From an uncultured Magnetococcales bacterium (lineage in GTDB: Bacteria; Pseudomonadota; Alphaproteobacteria; UBA2136; JAPKEQ01): DNA of 64,000 nt. The notes below the pieces were generated by a model that worked only from the letters and a program-made list of their open reading frames with translations, searched no databases and had not been told where the DNA came from. A program made the translations under genes and the position numbers. The stretch covers positions 650 through 64,649 of the forward strand of contig CAXHDG010000011.1 of the NCBI GenBank assembly GCA_964015495.1. The letters run 5' to 3'. Shown here piece after piece: positions 56,103 to 64,000 of this stretch (within the stretch, counting starts at the first letter, position 1; each line of letters starts with the position of its first letter).

Positions 56103-56432
56103 TTAGCGGTCGCTGTAAGGCATAAGAGCCAAGTGACGAGAACGCTTAATAGCTACTGCAAGTTCGCGCTGTTTAATGCGGCTCACACCAGTAATGTGGC
56201 AAGGTAGGATCTTGCCGTACTCAGTTACAAAACGACCAAGAAGACGTGTGTCTTTGTAGTCAATGTTTTGCGCGCGAGGGCCACTAAATGGGCAGCTCTT
56301 TTTGCGTTGGAAGAAAGGCTTACCAAGAAGACGAGGCGTGTACTTAGGTGCGCGGTCTTTTCTCTCAGCTGTTGCTTCAGTAGAAGCAGCCTCAGTTGTT
56401 GTAGCTTCTGTGTTTGTTGTTTCTGTAGTCAT
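56103..56432 (-). CDS. rpsR: 30S ribosomal protein S18 with a low-complexity Thr/Glu/Ala-rich N-terminal extension
   Basis: C-terminal KKSCPFSG...IDYKDT..L..F...GKILP.R.TG S18 core, preceded by [23 protein letters not shown]. Confidence 0.85.
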   Translation of the reverse strand: MTTETTNTEATTTEAASTEATAERKDRAPKYTPRLLGKPFFQRKKSCPFSGPRAQNIDYKDTRLLGRFVTEYGKILPCHITGVSRIKQRELAVAIKRSRHLALMPYSDR

Positions 56433-56462
56433 AATAAAATTCTCCGTATGTTACGTGTTTAC

Positions 56463-56837
56463 TTACGCTGCTGGTTCTGCTGTTTTCTTGTCAGCTTCAT
56501 CAAAGCGACGGCTTTTCTTAGGAGCCATCATTACAGATGGGCCTTCGTTAAGCTCTTCAACACGAATTGTTAGGAAGCGAATGATATCTTCGTTGATGCG
56601 CATTTGACGCTCAACTTCGTTGATAATTTCGCCAGTACCTTCTACGTTTAGCATTACGTAGTAACCACGACGGTGTTTTTTGATGCGGTAAGCTAGAGTG
56701 CGAAGCCCCCAGTTTTCAAAGCTAGCCACTTGGCCGCCTTTTTCAGAAATAACTGTTTTGAATTTGTCCACGAGGCTGTCAACTTGCGTTGTTACAACAT
56801 CAGGGCGAACGATAAATACAAGTTCGTAAAATGACAT
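56463..56837 (-). CDS. rpsF: 30S ribosomal protein S6
   Basis: MSFYELVFIVRPD... is the typical S6 N-terminus. Start set at the MSFYE Met, not at the longer ORF to 56897. Confidence 0.85.
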   Translation of the reverse strand: MSFYELVFIVRPDVVTTQVDSLVDKFKTVISEKGGQVASFENWGLRTLAYRIKKHRRGYYVMLNVEGTGEIINEVERQMRINEDIIRFLTIRVEELNEGPSVMMAPKKSRRFDEADKKTAEPAA

Positions 56838-57063
56838 GTGTATGTCTCCTTTTGGGTTTAAGTAAAAAGCGTTATTGCTTAATACACAGCCACGCACATA
56901 CGCGTAGCAAGGTGGCGCTAATATACATCAAACTGCATACATTGCAAGGGTTTTTCTCATCTTTTGTTAAATGCTCTCTTTGCTTTAAAAGATTTTATCT
57001 TTTGGTTCTTTTCATACTTTGTTATGGTTCTGTATATTTTCAAAAAAAACGTTGCGAGAAAAA

Positions 57064-58011
57064 ATGACAAAGCACCACACTCTTTTTGTATTTCCAGGGC
57101 AGGGGTCCCAGCATGTTGGTATGGCTTCAGGGTTTATGGACCATGAATTTACAAAAGAAATTTTTGAAGAGGCAGACGATGTTCTCGGATTTTCTCTCAG
57201 TAAAATGATGCGTGAAGGCAGTGAAGAGGAACTTGGTCTCACAATAAACACACAGCCTGCGCTTCTTTTGGCAGGCATGGCTGTTGCCAAATATATCTAT
57301 AAGAGTACGGACAAAATTAACTTACACCCGTATGCGGCCGCTGTTGCAGGGCACTCTCTTGGGGAGTACACGGCGCTTTGCGCTGCAGGAAGTCTTTCTC
57401 TTAATACTGGCCTAGAACTTGTGCGCAAGCGCGGCGAAGCTATGCAAGGCGCTGTGCCAGCAGGCAAGGGCGCTATGGCAGCTATTATTGGTATGGAGTA
57501 CGCCAACCTAGAAAGCATTATTCGTAAAACAGGCTGTTATATTGCAAATGATAATAGCCCTTCTCAGGTGGTTATCTCTGGTGATGAACAGGCCATTGAT
57601 GAGGCCAGCAATATGCTTGCAGTAGAAGGTGCTAAAAAAATTGTACGTCTTAATGTAAGTGCGCCATTCCATTGTCCGTTGATGCAGCCAGCAGCAGATA
57701 TTATGCAAATTGCTTTGCAAAAAGCCCAGTTTGCACCTGTAGATATGCCTGTTTATCAAAATATAACAGGAGAAAAAAACTCTTCAACCCTTGCGCTAGA
57801 AAAAGGGCTTGTGGAACAAATTACTGGCCGTGTACGTTGGAGAGAAACGATGGTAAATGCGGCAGCCTCTGGTATCACGGAAGTGGTAGAGTGCGGTGCA
57901 GGAAAAGTGCTTACAGGGCTTGCAAAGCGCGTAGATGGCATTATAAATACGGCAACACTTAACACACCAGAAGATGTTGACGCTTGGCTAGAAGCGCGTC
58001 ACGCAGAATAA
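57064..58011 (+). CDS. fabD: Malonyl-CoA:ACP transacylase
   Basis: FVFPGQGSQ and GHSLGEY active-site motifs. Confidence 0.9.
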   Translation: MTKHHTLFVFPGQGSQHVGMASGFMDHEFTKEIFEEADDVLGFSLSKMMREGSEEELGLTINTQPALLLAGMAVAKYIYKSTDKINLHPYAAAVAGHSLGEYTALCAAGSLSLNTGLELVRKRGEAMQGAVPAGKGAMAAIIGMEYANLESIIRKTGCYIANDNSPSQVVISGDEQAIDEASNMLAVEGAKKIVRLNVSAPFHCPLMQPAADIMQIALQKAQFAPVDMPVYQNITGEKNSSTLALEKGLVEQITGRVRWRETMVNAAASGITEVVECGAGKVLTGLAKRVDGIINTATLNTPEDVDAWLEARHAE

Positions 58012-58026
58012 AGGATACCTATTTAT

Positions 58027-58749
58027 ATGTTTGCAGACCTTACAGGAAAAACAGCCCTTATCACCGGCAGTAGCCGCGGTATTGGTAAAGATATTGCTCA
58101 AAACTTTATTGATGCGGGGGCAAACGTTATTATTTGTGCAAGCCGCGAAGAGACAGCTAAAACAGTAGCAGAAGAGCTTGGTGCTCACTCTTACGTTGGC
58201 GCAGACCTATCTGATATTTCCTCTCTTGAAGAGCTTGCAAAGCGTGTAGGCGATATTGATATTCTGGTCAATAATGCAGGCATAACAGAAGATGGACTAT
58301 TTATGCGCCAGAGCGATGAGGCTTGGGATAAAGTTCTCGACGTGAATCTTAACGCTGCTGTTAAGCTCACAAAGCTTTTCATGCCTGCGATGAGCAAAAA
58401 ACGTTGGGGACGCATTATTAACGTGACCTCTGTTGTAGCTCATATGGGGAATAATGCACAAACAAACTACGTAACAAGTAAAGCGGCTATGACAGGTTTT
58501 ACTAAAGCGCTTTCTAAAGAAATGGCGCGCAGAGGCATAACAGTCAACTGTGTTGCACCTGGTTTTATTGAAACAGATATGACCCAAAAGCTTGATGACA
58601 GCGTAAAAGATAACTTTATTAAAAGTATTCCTGCCGCTAAATTCGGTACGGGTGATGACATTGCAAATGCGGTGCGTTTCCTTGCAAGTGATGCGGCTAG
58701 CTACATGACAGGCACTACACTTCATGTTAATGGCGGGCTTTACGTTTAG
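58027..58749 (+). CDS. fabG: 3-oxoacyl-ACP reductase
   Basis: SDR motifs TGSSRGIGK, NNAG, YVTSKAA (YxxxK). Confidence 0.9.
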   Translation: MFADLTGKTALITGSSRGIGKDIAQNFIDAGANVIICASREETAKTVAEELGAHSYVGADLSDISSLEELAKRVGDIDILVNNAGITEDGLFMRQSDEAWDKVLDVNLNAAVKLTKLFMPAMSKKRWGRIINVTSVVAHMGNNAQTNYVTSKAAMTGFTKALSKEMARRGITVNCVAPGFIETDMTQKLDDSVKDNFIKSIPAAKFGTGDDIANAVRFLASDAASYMTGTTLHVNGGLYV

Positions 58750-58852
58750 ATTGCTTGCTCATAAAAACTTGCCAATTTGAAATATTAAACTATATTATGT
58801 GCAGACCTCCACATAACATGGGGGCTAAAATGATTTTTAAAGGAGTAAAGAT

Positions 58853-59089
58853 ATGAGTGATATTCACGCACGCGTTAAAGGCCTAGTAGTAGAAAACCTA
58901 GGTGTATCAGAAGATAAAGTAACGGACGCCGCTAACTTTATTGATGATCTTGGCGCTGATTCTCTAGACACTGTAGAGCTTGTTATGGCCATGGAAGAAG
59001 AGTTTGGTATCGAAATCCCAGATAGCGACGCAGAAAACATTGTTTCTGTAAAAGACGCTGTTGCCTACGTAGAAAAAGCTGCAGCGTAA
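58853..59089 (+). CDS. acpP: Acyl carrier protein
   Basis: [14 protein letters not shown] phosphopantetheine-attachment motif. 78 aa. Confidence 0.95.
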   Translation: MSDIHARVKGLVVENLGVSEDKVTDAANFIDDLGADSLDTVELVMAMEEEFGIEIPDSDAENIVSVKDAVAYVEKAAA

Positions 59090-59122
59090 GCTACGCAGTT
59101 TTCTTCACGGAACTATATTTAC

Positions 59123-60373
59123 ATGAAACATCCACAAAACCGCCGCGTGGTCATTACTGGCCTCGGTATGGTTACGCCTGCCGGTTTAACGGCACAAAGC
59201 ACATGGAAAAGCCTGCTTGCAGGTGAAAGTGCTGTCGGGCCTATCACAAAGTTTGATGCGTCTGAGTTTGCCTGCAAAATTGCAGCAGAAGTAAAGGATT
59301 TTGATCCTTTGGTTGCGATGGATGCCAAAGATGTAAAACGCACAGATATTTTCATTCAATATGGTATGGTCGCAACGGCAGAAGCTATGGCTGATGCAGG
59401 CCTTACCGAGCTGACTGAAGAGCAAAAATTGCGCGCAGGCGTTATTCTTGGAAGTGGTATTGGCGGGTTTAACGAAATTGAAAACACAGTGCTTACGCTG
59501 AATGAGCGTGGCCCGCGCCGTGTTTCGCCTTTCTTTATCCCATCTATGCTTATCAACCTTCTTAGCGGCCAAGCCTCTATTAAGTACGGCCTTAAAGGGC
59601 CTAACTTAAGCGTTGTGACAGCTTGCGCAACAGGCGCACATGCTGTAGGCGATGCTATGCATATCATTAAGCGCGGTGAAGCCGACATTATGGTGGCTGG
59701 CGGCGCAGAAGCAGGCATTACAAAAAGCGCTGTTGCAGGCTTTGGCTCTGCCCGCGCACTTTCTACAAAATTTAATGACACGCCAGAAAAGGCAAGCCGC
59801 CCTTACGATGAAGACCGTGATGGTTTTGTAATTGCTGAGGGAGCAGGGGTGCTTGTACTTGAAGAGTACGAGCATGCCAAGGCACGCGGCGCAACAATTT
59901 ACGCTGAGGTTGCAGGCTTTGGGCAAACGGGCGATGCTTATCATCTGACATCTCCTGCAGAAGATGGCGACGGTGCCAAGCGTGCCATGTCTCTTGCACT
60001 TGAGTTTGCAGGCCTTAAAGGTAGCGATGTGGATTATACTAACTCTCATGGTACGTCTACGCCAATGGGCGATGGTATTGAATCTCGCGCGATTGAATCT
60101 GTTCTTGGATCTGACGCGGTTGTCAGCTCAACAAAATCTATGATTGGCCATACGCTTGGCGCAGCTGGCGGTATTGAAACAGCTATTTGCCTCCTTGCCA
60201 TGCGTGACGGTATGGCTCCGCCAACAATTAACCTAGAAAATCCATCTGAGGATTGTAACCTTGATTACGTCACAGAAGGTGCTCGTAAAATGAATATTGA
60301 CGTTGTGATGAACAACTCCTTTGGTTTTGGTGGAACGAACGCAAGTCTGGTACTCACCAAGGTTAAAGATTAA
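59123..60373 (+). CDS. fabF: 3-oxoacyl-ACP synthase II
   Basis: RRVVITGLG. Active-site Cys in ACATG. HGTSTP and GHTLGAAG motifs. Confidence 0.9.
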   Translation: MKHPQNRRVVITGLGMVTPAGLTAQSTWKSLLAGESAVGPITKFDASEFACKIAAEVKDFDPLVAMDAKDVKRTDIFIQYGMVATAEAMADAGLTELTEEQKLRAGVILGSGIGGFNEIENTVLTLNERGPRRVSPFFIPSMLINLLSGQASIKYGLKGPNLSVVTACATGAHAVGDAMHIIKRGEADIMVAGGAEAGITKSAVAGFGSARALSTKFNDTPEKASRPYDEDRDGFVIAEGAGVLVLEEYEHAKARGATIYAEVAGFGQTGDAYHLTSPAEDGDGAKRAMSLALEFAGLKGSDVDYTNSHGTSTPMGDGIESRAIESVLGSDAVVSSTKSMIGHTLGAAGGIETAICLLAMRDGMAPPTINLENPSEDCNLDYVTEGARKMNIDVVMNNSFGFGGTNASLVLTKVKD

Positions 60374-61287
60374 TGCGTTTTGGTGTTTTTCTTCTAAGCG
60401 CTCTTATTTCATTCAATGTTTATGCAGCGCCTGTAGAGGTTCTTATTCCTAAAGGTTCTGGCGTTAAATCTATTGCTCAAAAACTCTATGCAGCTGATGT
60501 CATTGCAAGCCCGCTTATGTTTGAGGCTTGGCTTCGTGTGACACGTAATACAGGCGCACTGCATGCAGGGCGTTATACATTTGAAACAGAGGACGGCATG
60601 CGCGCGGCCATTAGTAAAATGGTAAACGGCGATGTAACGCTTGAACAAATAACAATTCCAGAAGGTTTAACCGTTGCAGAGGTTTTGGTTAAGCTGGCCG
60701 CAGATGAGAGGCTTACAGGCCCTATGCCGCAAGGCATTCCGGAAGGAAGCCTGCTGCCAGAGACGTATACGTTCTCCCTTGGTACAACGCGTAAAAGCCT
60801 CATTACAACCATGCAGTTTGATATGAAAAACGTTGTAGATGAAGCTTGGGCAACAGTAGATGAAGTGAGTCCGCTGATGTCACGCAATGAAATGATAACG
60901 CTTGCCTCAATTATTGAAAAAGAAACGGCACTTCCGCGTGAATATGAAACAGTATCAGGTGTTTATACGAACAGGCTAAAGATAAACATGAAGCTTCAGG
61001 CAGACCCAACCGTGATCTATGGCCTTGAAGATTATGATGGTGATATTCGCCGTAAAGATTTAAAAAACCCACATCCTTATAATACTTATGTGCATAAGGG
61101 GCTTCCGCCAACGCCTATTGCAAACCCAGGGCGCGGCGCACTTATGGCTGCGGCAAACCCAGCAGAAGTGCCATACCTTTACTTTGTTGCCGATGGTAAA
61201 GGCGGACATGTGTTTGCAAAAACACACAACGAACATAAGAAAAATGTAAAAGCCTATCTCAAAGCTCTCCGAAGTCGTGCTAAATAG
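60373..61287 (+). CDS. mltG: Endolytic murein transglycosylase MltG (YceG family)
   Basis: N-terminal anchor, then YceG pattern (LASIIEKE, YNTY...GLPPTPIANPG). The start overlaps the fabF stop (taATG). Confidence 0.8.
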   Translation: MRFGVFLLSALISFNVYAAPVEVLIPKGSGVKSIAQKLYAADVIASPLMFEAWLRVTRNTGALHAGRYTFETEDGMRAAISKMVNGDVTLEQITIPEGLTVAEVLVKLAADERLTGPMPQGIPEGSLLPETYTFSLGTTRKSLITTMQFDMKNVVDEAWATVDEVSPLMSRNEMITLASIIEKETALPREYETVSGVYTNRLKINMKLQADPTVIYGLEDYDGDIRRKDLKNPHPYNTYVHKGLPPTPIANPGRGALMAAANPAEVPYLYFVADGKGGHVFAKTHNEHKKNVKAYLKALRSRAK

Positions 61288-61311
61288 CGCATTTACGCGT
61301 ACACTGGCAGT

Positions 61312-61947
61312 ATGACAAATAAGCACGCATCAGGACATTTATTCACTCTTACAGGGCCAAGTGGTGCTGGTAAAGATACATTGATGCACGCTCTTATTGA
61401 ACATGACAGCGCACTTTCATTTTTTCCAACAGCAACGACTCGTAATCCGCGTGCAGGGGAAGTGGACGGCGTAGATTACCACTTTTTGGATGAAACATCT
61501 TTTAAGGCAAAAATGGATGAGGGCGATATTTTAGAATGGAGCCACCATTACGGTAACTATTATGGCACGCTTAAAAGCGTTGTAGAAGATGGCTTAAGCG
61601 CAGGAAAAGACTTAATTACAGATATTACATATAGCGGCGTAGAAGCATTACATAATGCTTTTGAAGAACGTTGTACGCGTATTTTAATTCTACCGCCAAG
61701 TATTGAAGAGCTTGAACGTCGTTTTGCAAAACGTCAAAAAAATAGCAAAGAACCTGATGATGCGATTCAGCGCCGACTGGGGCATATTAGAGACGATTTA
61801 GAAAATTTACATACAGAAGGCTATATGTTTGGTAACGCAGATATGCGCGGTTCAAACTTAGGCGATTATGACATTGTTATAACAAATGCAGATCTTGAAA
61901 CTGCAATTAAAGAAATACAACAGGCACTTGTTAAGGTGAGGGGATAA
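61312..61947 (+). CDS. gmk: Guanylate kinase
   Basis: GPSGAGKDTL P-loop, TTR.PR, and the GDY..L. region. Confidence 0.85.
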   Translation: MTNKHASGHLFTLTGPSGAGKDTLMHALIEHDSALSFFPTATTRNPRAGEVDGVDYHFLDETSFKAKMDEGDILEWSHHYGNYYGTLKSVVEDGLSAGKDLITDITYSGVEALHNAFEERCTRILILPPSIEELERRFAKRQKNSKEPDDAIQRRLGHIRDDLENLHTEGYMFGNADMRGSNLGDYDIVITNADLETAIKEIQQALVKVRG

Positions 61948-61951
61948 TACG

Positions 61952-62428
61952 ATGAAACATGCAAAACTGATGGTGACAGGGCTACTTCTCTCAGCTGCTT
62001 TAAGTGGTTGCGGTATTGGTACTGAAGCACGCAGTGTTTCGGGTAACTTCTGTTCTCCAAAAGCATTTCGTACTGTGTTTATGAATAATGCAAACCTTGC
62101 AGGCCTTTACGTGGATCAAGAAGCGGAAGATGTGCTTTCTCGCATGGGCCGCCCTGTAAGTGAGAGTCAGTTTAGGCTCGCTAATGGGCAAATGATTACA
62201 GCTTGGTTCTACCAAATTAACATTGAGCAGCCATGCCGCGGATTTGAGGGTGACTATAAATATGAACCTGTCTTTATTGCAGATGGCCGCCTTGTTGGTA
62301 TTGGCCAGCGTTATTACATAAATGTACTGCGCCCTAACATGGGCTCAAGTCTCTTTTCAGGGTTTAACTTTGGAGGTTCAGGCCGTAAATCAGCAAATTA
62401 CAGTGGCGGATTTCAGGAGCGTTTTTAA
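61952..62428 (+). CDS. Lipoprotein (158 aa)
   Basis: Lipobox LSGCG after a hydrophobic N-terminus. Confidence 0.5.
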   Translation: MKHAKLMVTGLLLSAALSGCGIGTEARSVSGNFCSPKAFRTVFMNNANLAGLYVDQEAEDVLSRMGRPVSESQFRLANGQMITAWFYQINIEQPCRGFEGDYKYEPVFIADGRLVGIGQRYYINVLRPNMGSSLFSGFNFGGSGRKSANYSGGFQERF

Positions 62429-62463
62429 GTAAGGCTTAGCTTTTTTAAATCAAGCTCAGCTTT

Positions 62464-63243
62464 TTAAATCAAGCTCAGCTTGCAGAATTTTTCAAGGCTC
62501 ACAGTTTCAGGACGGTCTGTTGGTTTGATATCAACAGATTCAAGAGCTGACTCAACATCATCAAAAGCACTTTTAAGGCTTGCACGAAGCATTTTGCGGC
62601 GCTGGTTAAATGCCCTGCTGCTTAGCTCCTCTAGGCGTTTTACATTACAGTCATAACGTAAAGTTTCTCTTGGGATAATTTCTACAATAGAAGATGTGAT
62701 TTTTGGCGGAGGGTTAAAAGCACCGCGCGGTACATCAAACAGGCGTTTGCAATCTGCACGCAGCTGGCAAAACAGTGCAAGGCGGCCCCAATCTTTATTG
62801 CCGGGCTCTGCGCAAATGCGGCCCACAACTTCTTTTTGGAGCATAAATACAAGCCTGTCCCAGTGTTCTGGTGTACCAAGTGCTTTGGTTACAATAACTG
62901 TACCGATGTTGTAAGGCAAGTTGCCCACAAGCTGGCTGCCTTTAGGTGTAAGCTCTGTGTAATCATCTTTAAGCGCGTCACCCATATACAGTGTAAATGG
63001 GTGCTGACTTTCTAGAGGTTTTAAAACTTCCTCCATGCGGTGGTCTTTTTCAAGAGAGAGGAGCGTTGCTCCAGATTCGAGCAGCGGCTTTGTAAGTGCG
63101 CCTGTACCGGGGCCAATTTCAAGAAGAGGTGTATCTTCTCGGTTTATGCGAATCGCATCCACAATTTTTTGGATAATAAACTTATCGTGCAGAAAGTTTT
63201 GCCCGAGGGATCTCTTTGCGTCAATTCTTGGTGAATCTGTCAT
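62464..63243 (-). CDS. rsmA: 16S rRNA (adenine1518/1519-N6)-dimethyltransferase RsmA (KsgA)
   Basis: LGQNFL, EIGPG.G.LT and NLPYNI motifs. Confidence 0.9.
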   Translation of the reverse strand: MTDSPRIDAKRSLGQNFLHDKFIIQKIVDAIRINREDTPLLEIGPGTGALTKPLLESGATLLSLEKDHRMEEVLKPLESQHPFTLYMGDALKDDYTELTPKGSQLVGNLPYNIGTVIVTKALGTPEHWDRLVFMLQKEVVGRICAEPGNKDWGRLALFCQLRADCKRLFDVPRGAFNPPPKITSSIVEIIPRETLRYDCNVKRLEELSSRAFNQRRKMLRASLKSAFDDVESALESVDIKPTDRPETVSLEKFCKLSLI

Positions 63244-63245
63244 CC

Positions 63246-64000
63246 TTACAGGCGCACATCAATAAAAGCTTCGCGGCGTAGGTCACGCATCATACGGCGT
63301 ACGGCAAGGTCAAGGCGGCTTTCCATAAGGCGTTCACGCACACGTGTACGGTAATCTTCAAGGCCTTCTGGTAATGCACGTTTTTTAGCGGCGAGGGTGT
63401 AAGTTACTTGCTCATCGCCAAGGTCAATTTTCTTGGTTGTATCGCCAACATCTAGGGCAGTGATTACTTTTTTAAGTTGAGAAGATAGATCCGGTGCTGC
63501 AACCCATAGCTCATCTTCTGAAGTTGTGTCATCTTCAGCGTAAGATGTTTTCTTGAGTTTAAACTCTGTTACAGGTTCTGTGCGAATACCCGGCAAAGTG
63601 CGTATGCCTTTGACTTGAATAATGTGGTAACCCGTCGCACTACGCACAGGCTTAGAAACAGCCCCTTGAGTCATTTTTTGAATCTGCTCTTCTAGCGTTG
63701 GTACCATTTCACCTTCACCAAACCAGCCAAGGTAACCATCAAGCGGTGTACCGCCTGTGTTGTAATCTTTTGCAACAGAAGAAAAATCATCTTCTTTTTC
63801 TGCGCGGGCATAGGCTGTATCAGCAAGTGATTTAGCATTTTCTTCTGCGCCCTCAGATTCTCCCACGGGAATAAAAATTTGTGCAATTTCCCATTCTGTG
63901 CGGCTTTGCGCGGCGCCAAGCTGACGTATCAGTTGGTCTACTTCGCTGTTAGGGATGTTTACGCGAGATTTAAGGTCACGATCTACGATTTGATCAAGTA
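63246..64000 (-). CDS. surA: SurA-like periplasmic chaperone / parvulin PPIase; C-terminal part, with the N-terminus beyond the right edge
   Basis: The reading frame stays open to position 64000 (…LDQIVDRDLKSRVNIPNSEVDQL…). Parvulin-like segment GYHIIQV. Adjacent to rsmA, as in surA-(pdxA)-ksgA clusters. Confidence 0.6.
   Translation of the reverse strand, partial: LDQIVDRDLKSRVNIPNSEVDQLIRQLGAAQSRTEWEIAQIFIPVGESEGAEENAKSLADTAYARAEKEDDFSSVAKDYNTGGTPLDGYLGWFGEGEMVPTLEEQIQKMTQGAVSKPVRSATGYHIIQVKGIRTLPGIRTEPVTEFKLKKTSYAEDDTTSEDELWVAAPDLSSQLKKVITALDVGDTTKKIDLGDEQVTYTLAAKKRALPEGLEDYRTRVRERLMESRLDLAVRRMMRDLRREAFIDVRL

Noticed and set aside
1-64000. CRISPR arrays, rRNA genes and intact tRNA genes
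   Set aside because: I scanned for regularly spaced direct repeats and for tRNA T-loop/acceptor signatures and found none. The only periodic repeats are the intergenic elements reported above, which lack CRISPR-like spacing.

Overview
This window looks like a chromosomal segment from an alphaproteobacterium, roughly 45-50% GC by eye. The gene-order signatures that support this are rpsF-rpsR-rplI with no priB, fabD-fabG-acpP-fabF-mltG-gmk, yfgM-bamB-der, cvpA-radA and rsmA-surA.

Housekeeping blocks:
- A DEAD-box helicase and cspA at 0-1.2 kb.
- glnII at 16.5 kb.
- The cyclophilin ppiA, gltX and a ComEC-family gene.
- A UDP-sugar dehydrogenase plus a fused MDR/Gfo-Idh-MocA oxidoreductase at 26.7-31.2 kb.
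- rnhA and pgpA.
- thrB-like, hemL, a ppx/gppA-family gene and rlmE.
- dnaB.

Accessory-looking stretches between these blocks:
1. 2.2-6.9 kb: an orphan lambda-J-like tail or host-specificity protein next to a secreted Arg/Cys-rich repeat protein and a tandem pair of small membrane-protein paralogues.
2. 7.2-16.4 kb: a run of hypothetical, secreted and lipoprotein genes that includes two divergent GH24 lysozyme-like paralogues, an AlbA_2 (Schlafen-like) protein, two CBS-pair proteins and a degenerate PP2C-like protein.
3. 17.7-21.2 kb: a large secreted protein with an HExxH motif, followed by two tandem paralogue pairs.
4. 22.3-23.1 kb: a compositionally foreign gene.
5. 31.2-32.6 kb, 41.8-42.2 kb and 44.2-44.7 kb: a family of mosaic intergenic repeats with compensatory base changes that suggest a structured RNA. 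One pair of ~110-bp direct repeats flanks a small membrane-protein gene, and the repeats carry homopolymeric C/A/G tracts.
6. 33.1-33.8 kb: an RNase III-family protein with apparent substitutions at catalytic positions.
7. 50.2-52.4 kb: four adjacent genes sharing a short domain motif.

I found no CRISPR array, rRNA gene or convincing tRNA gene. Promoters were not called, because motif-level calls by eye would be unreliable.
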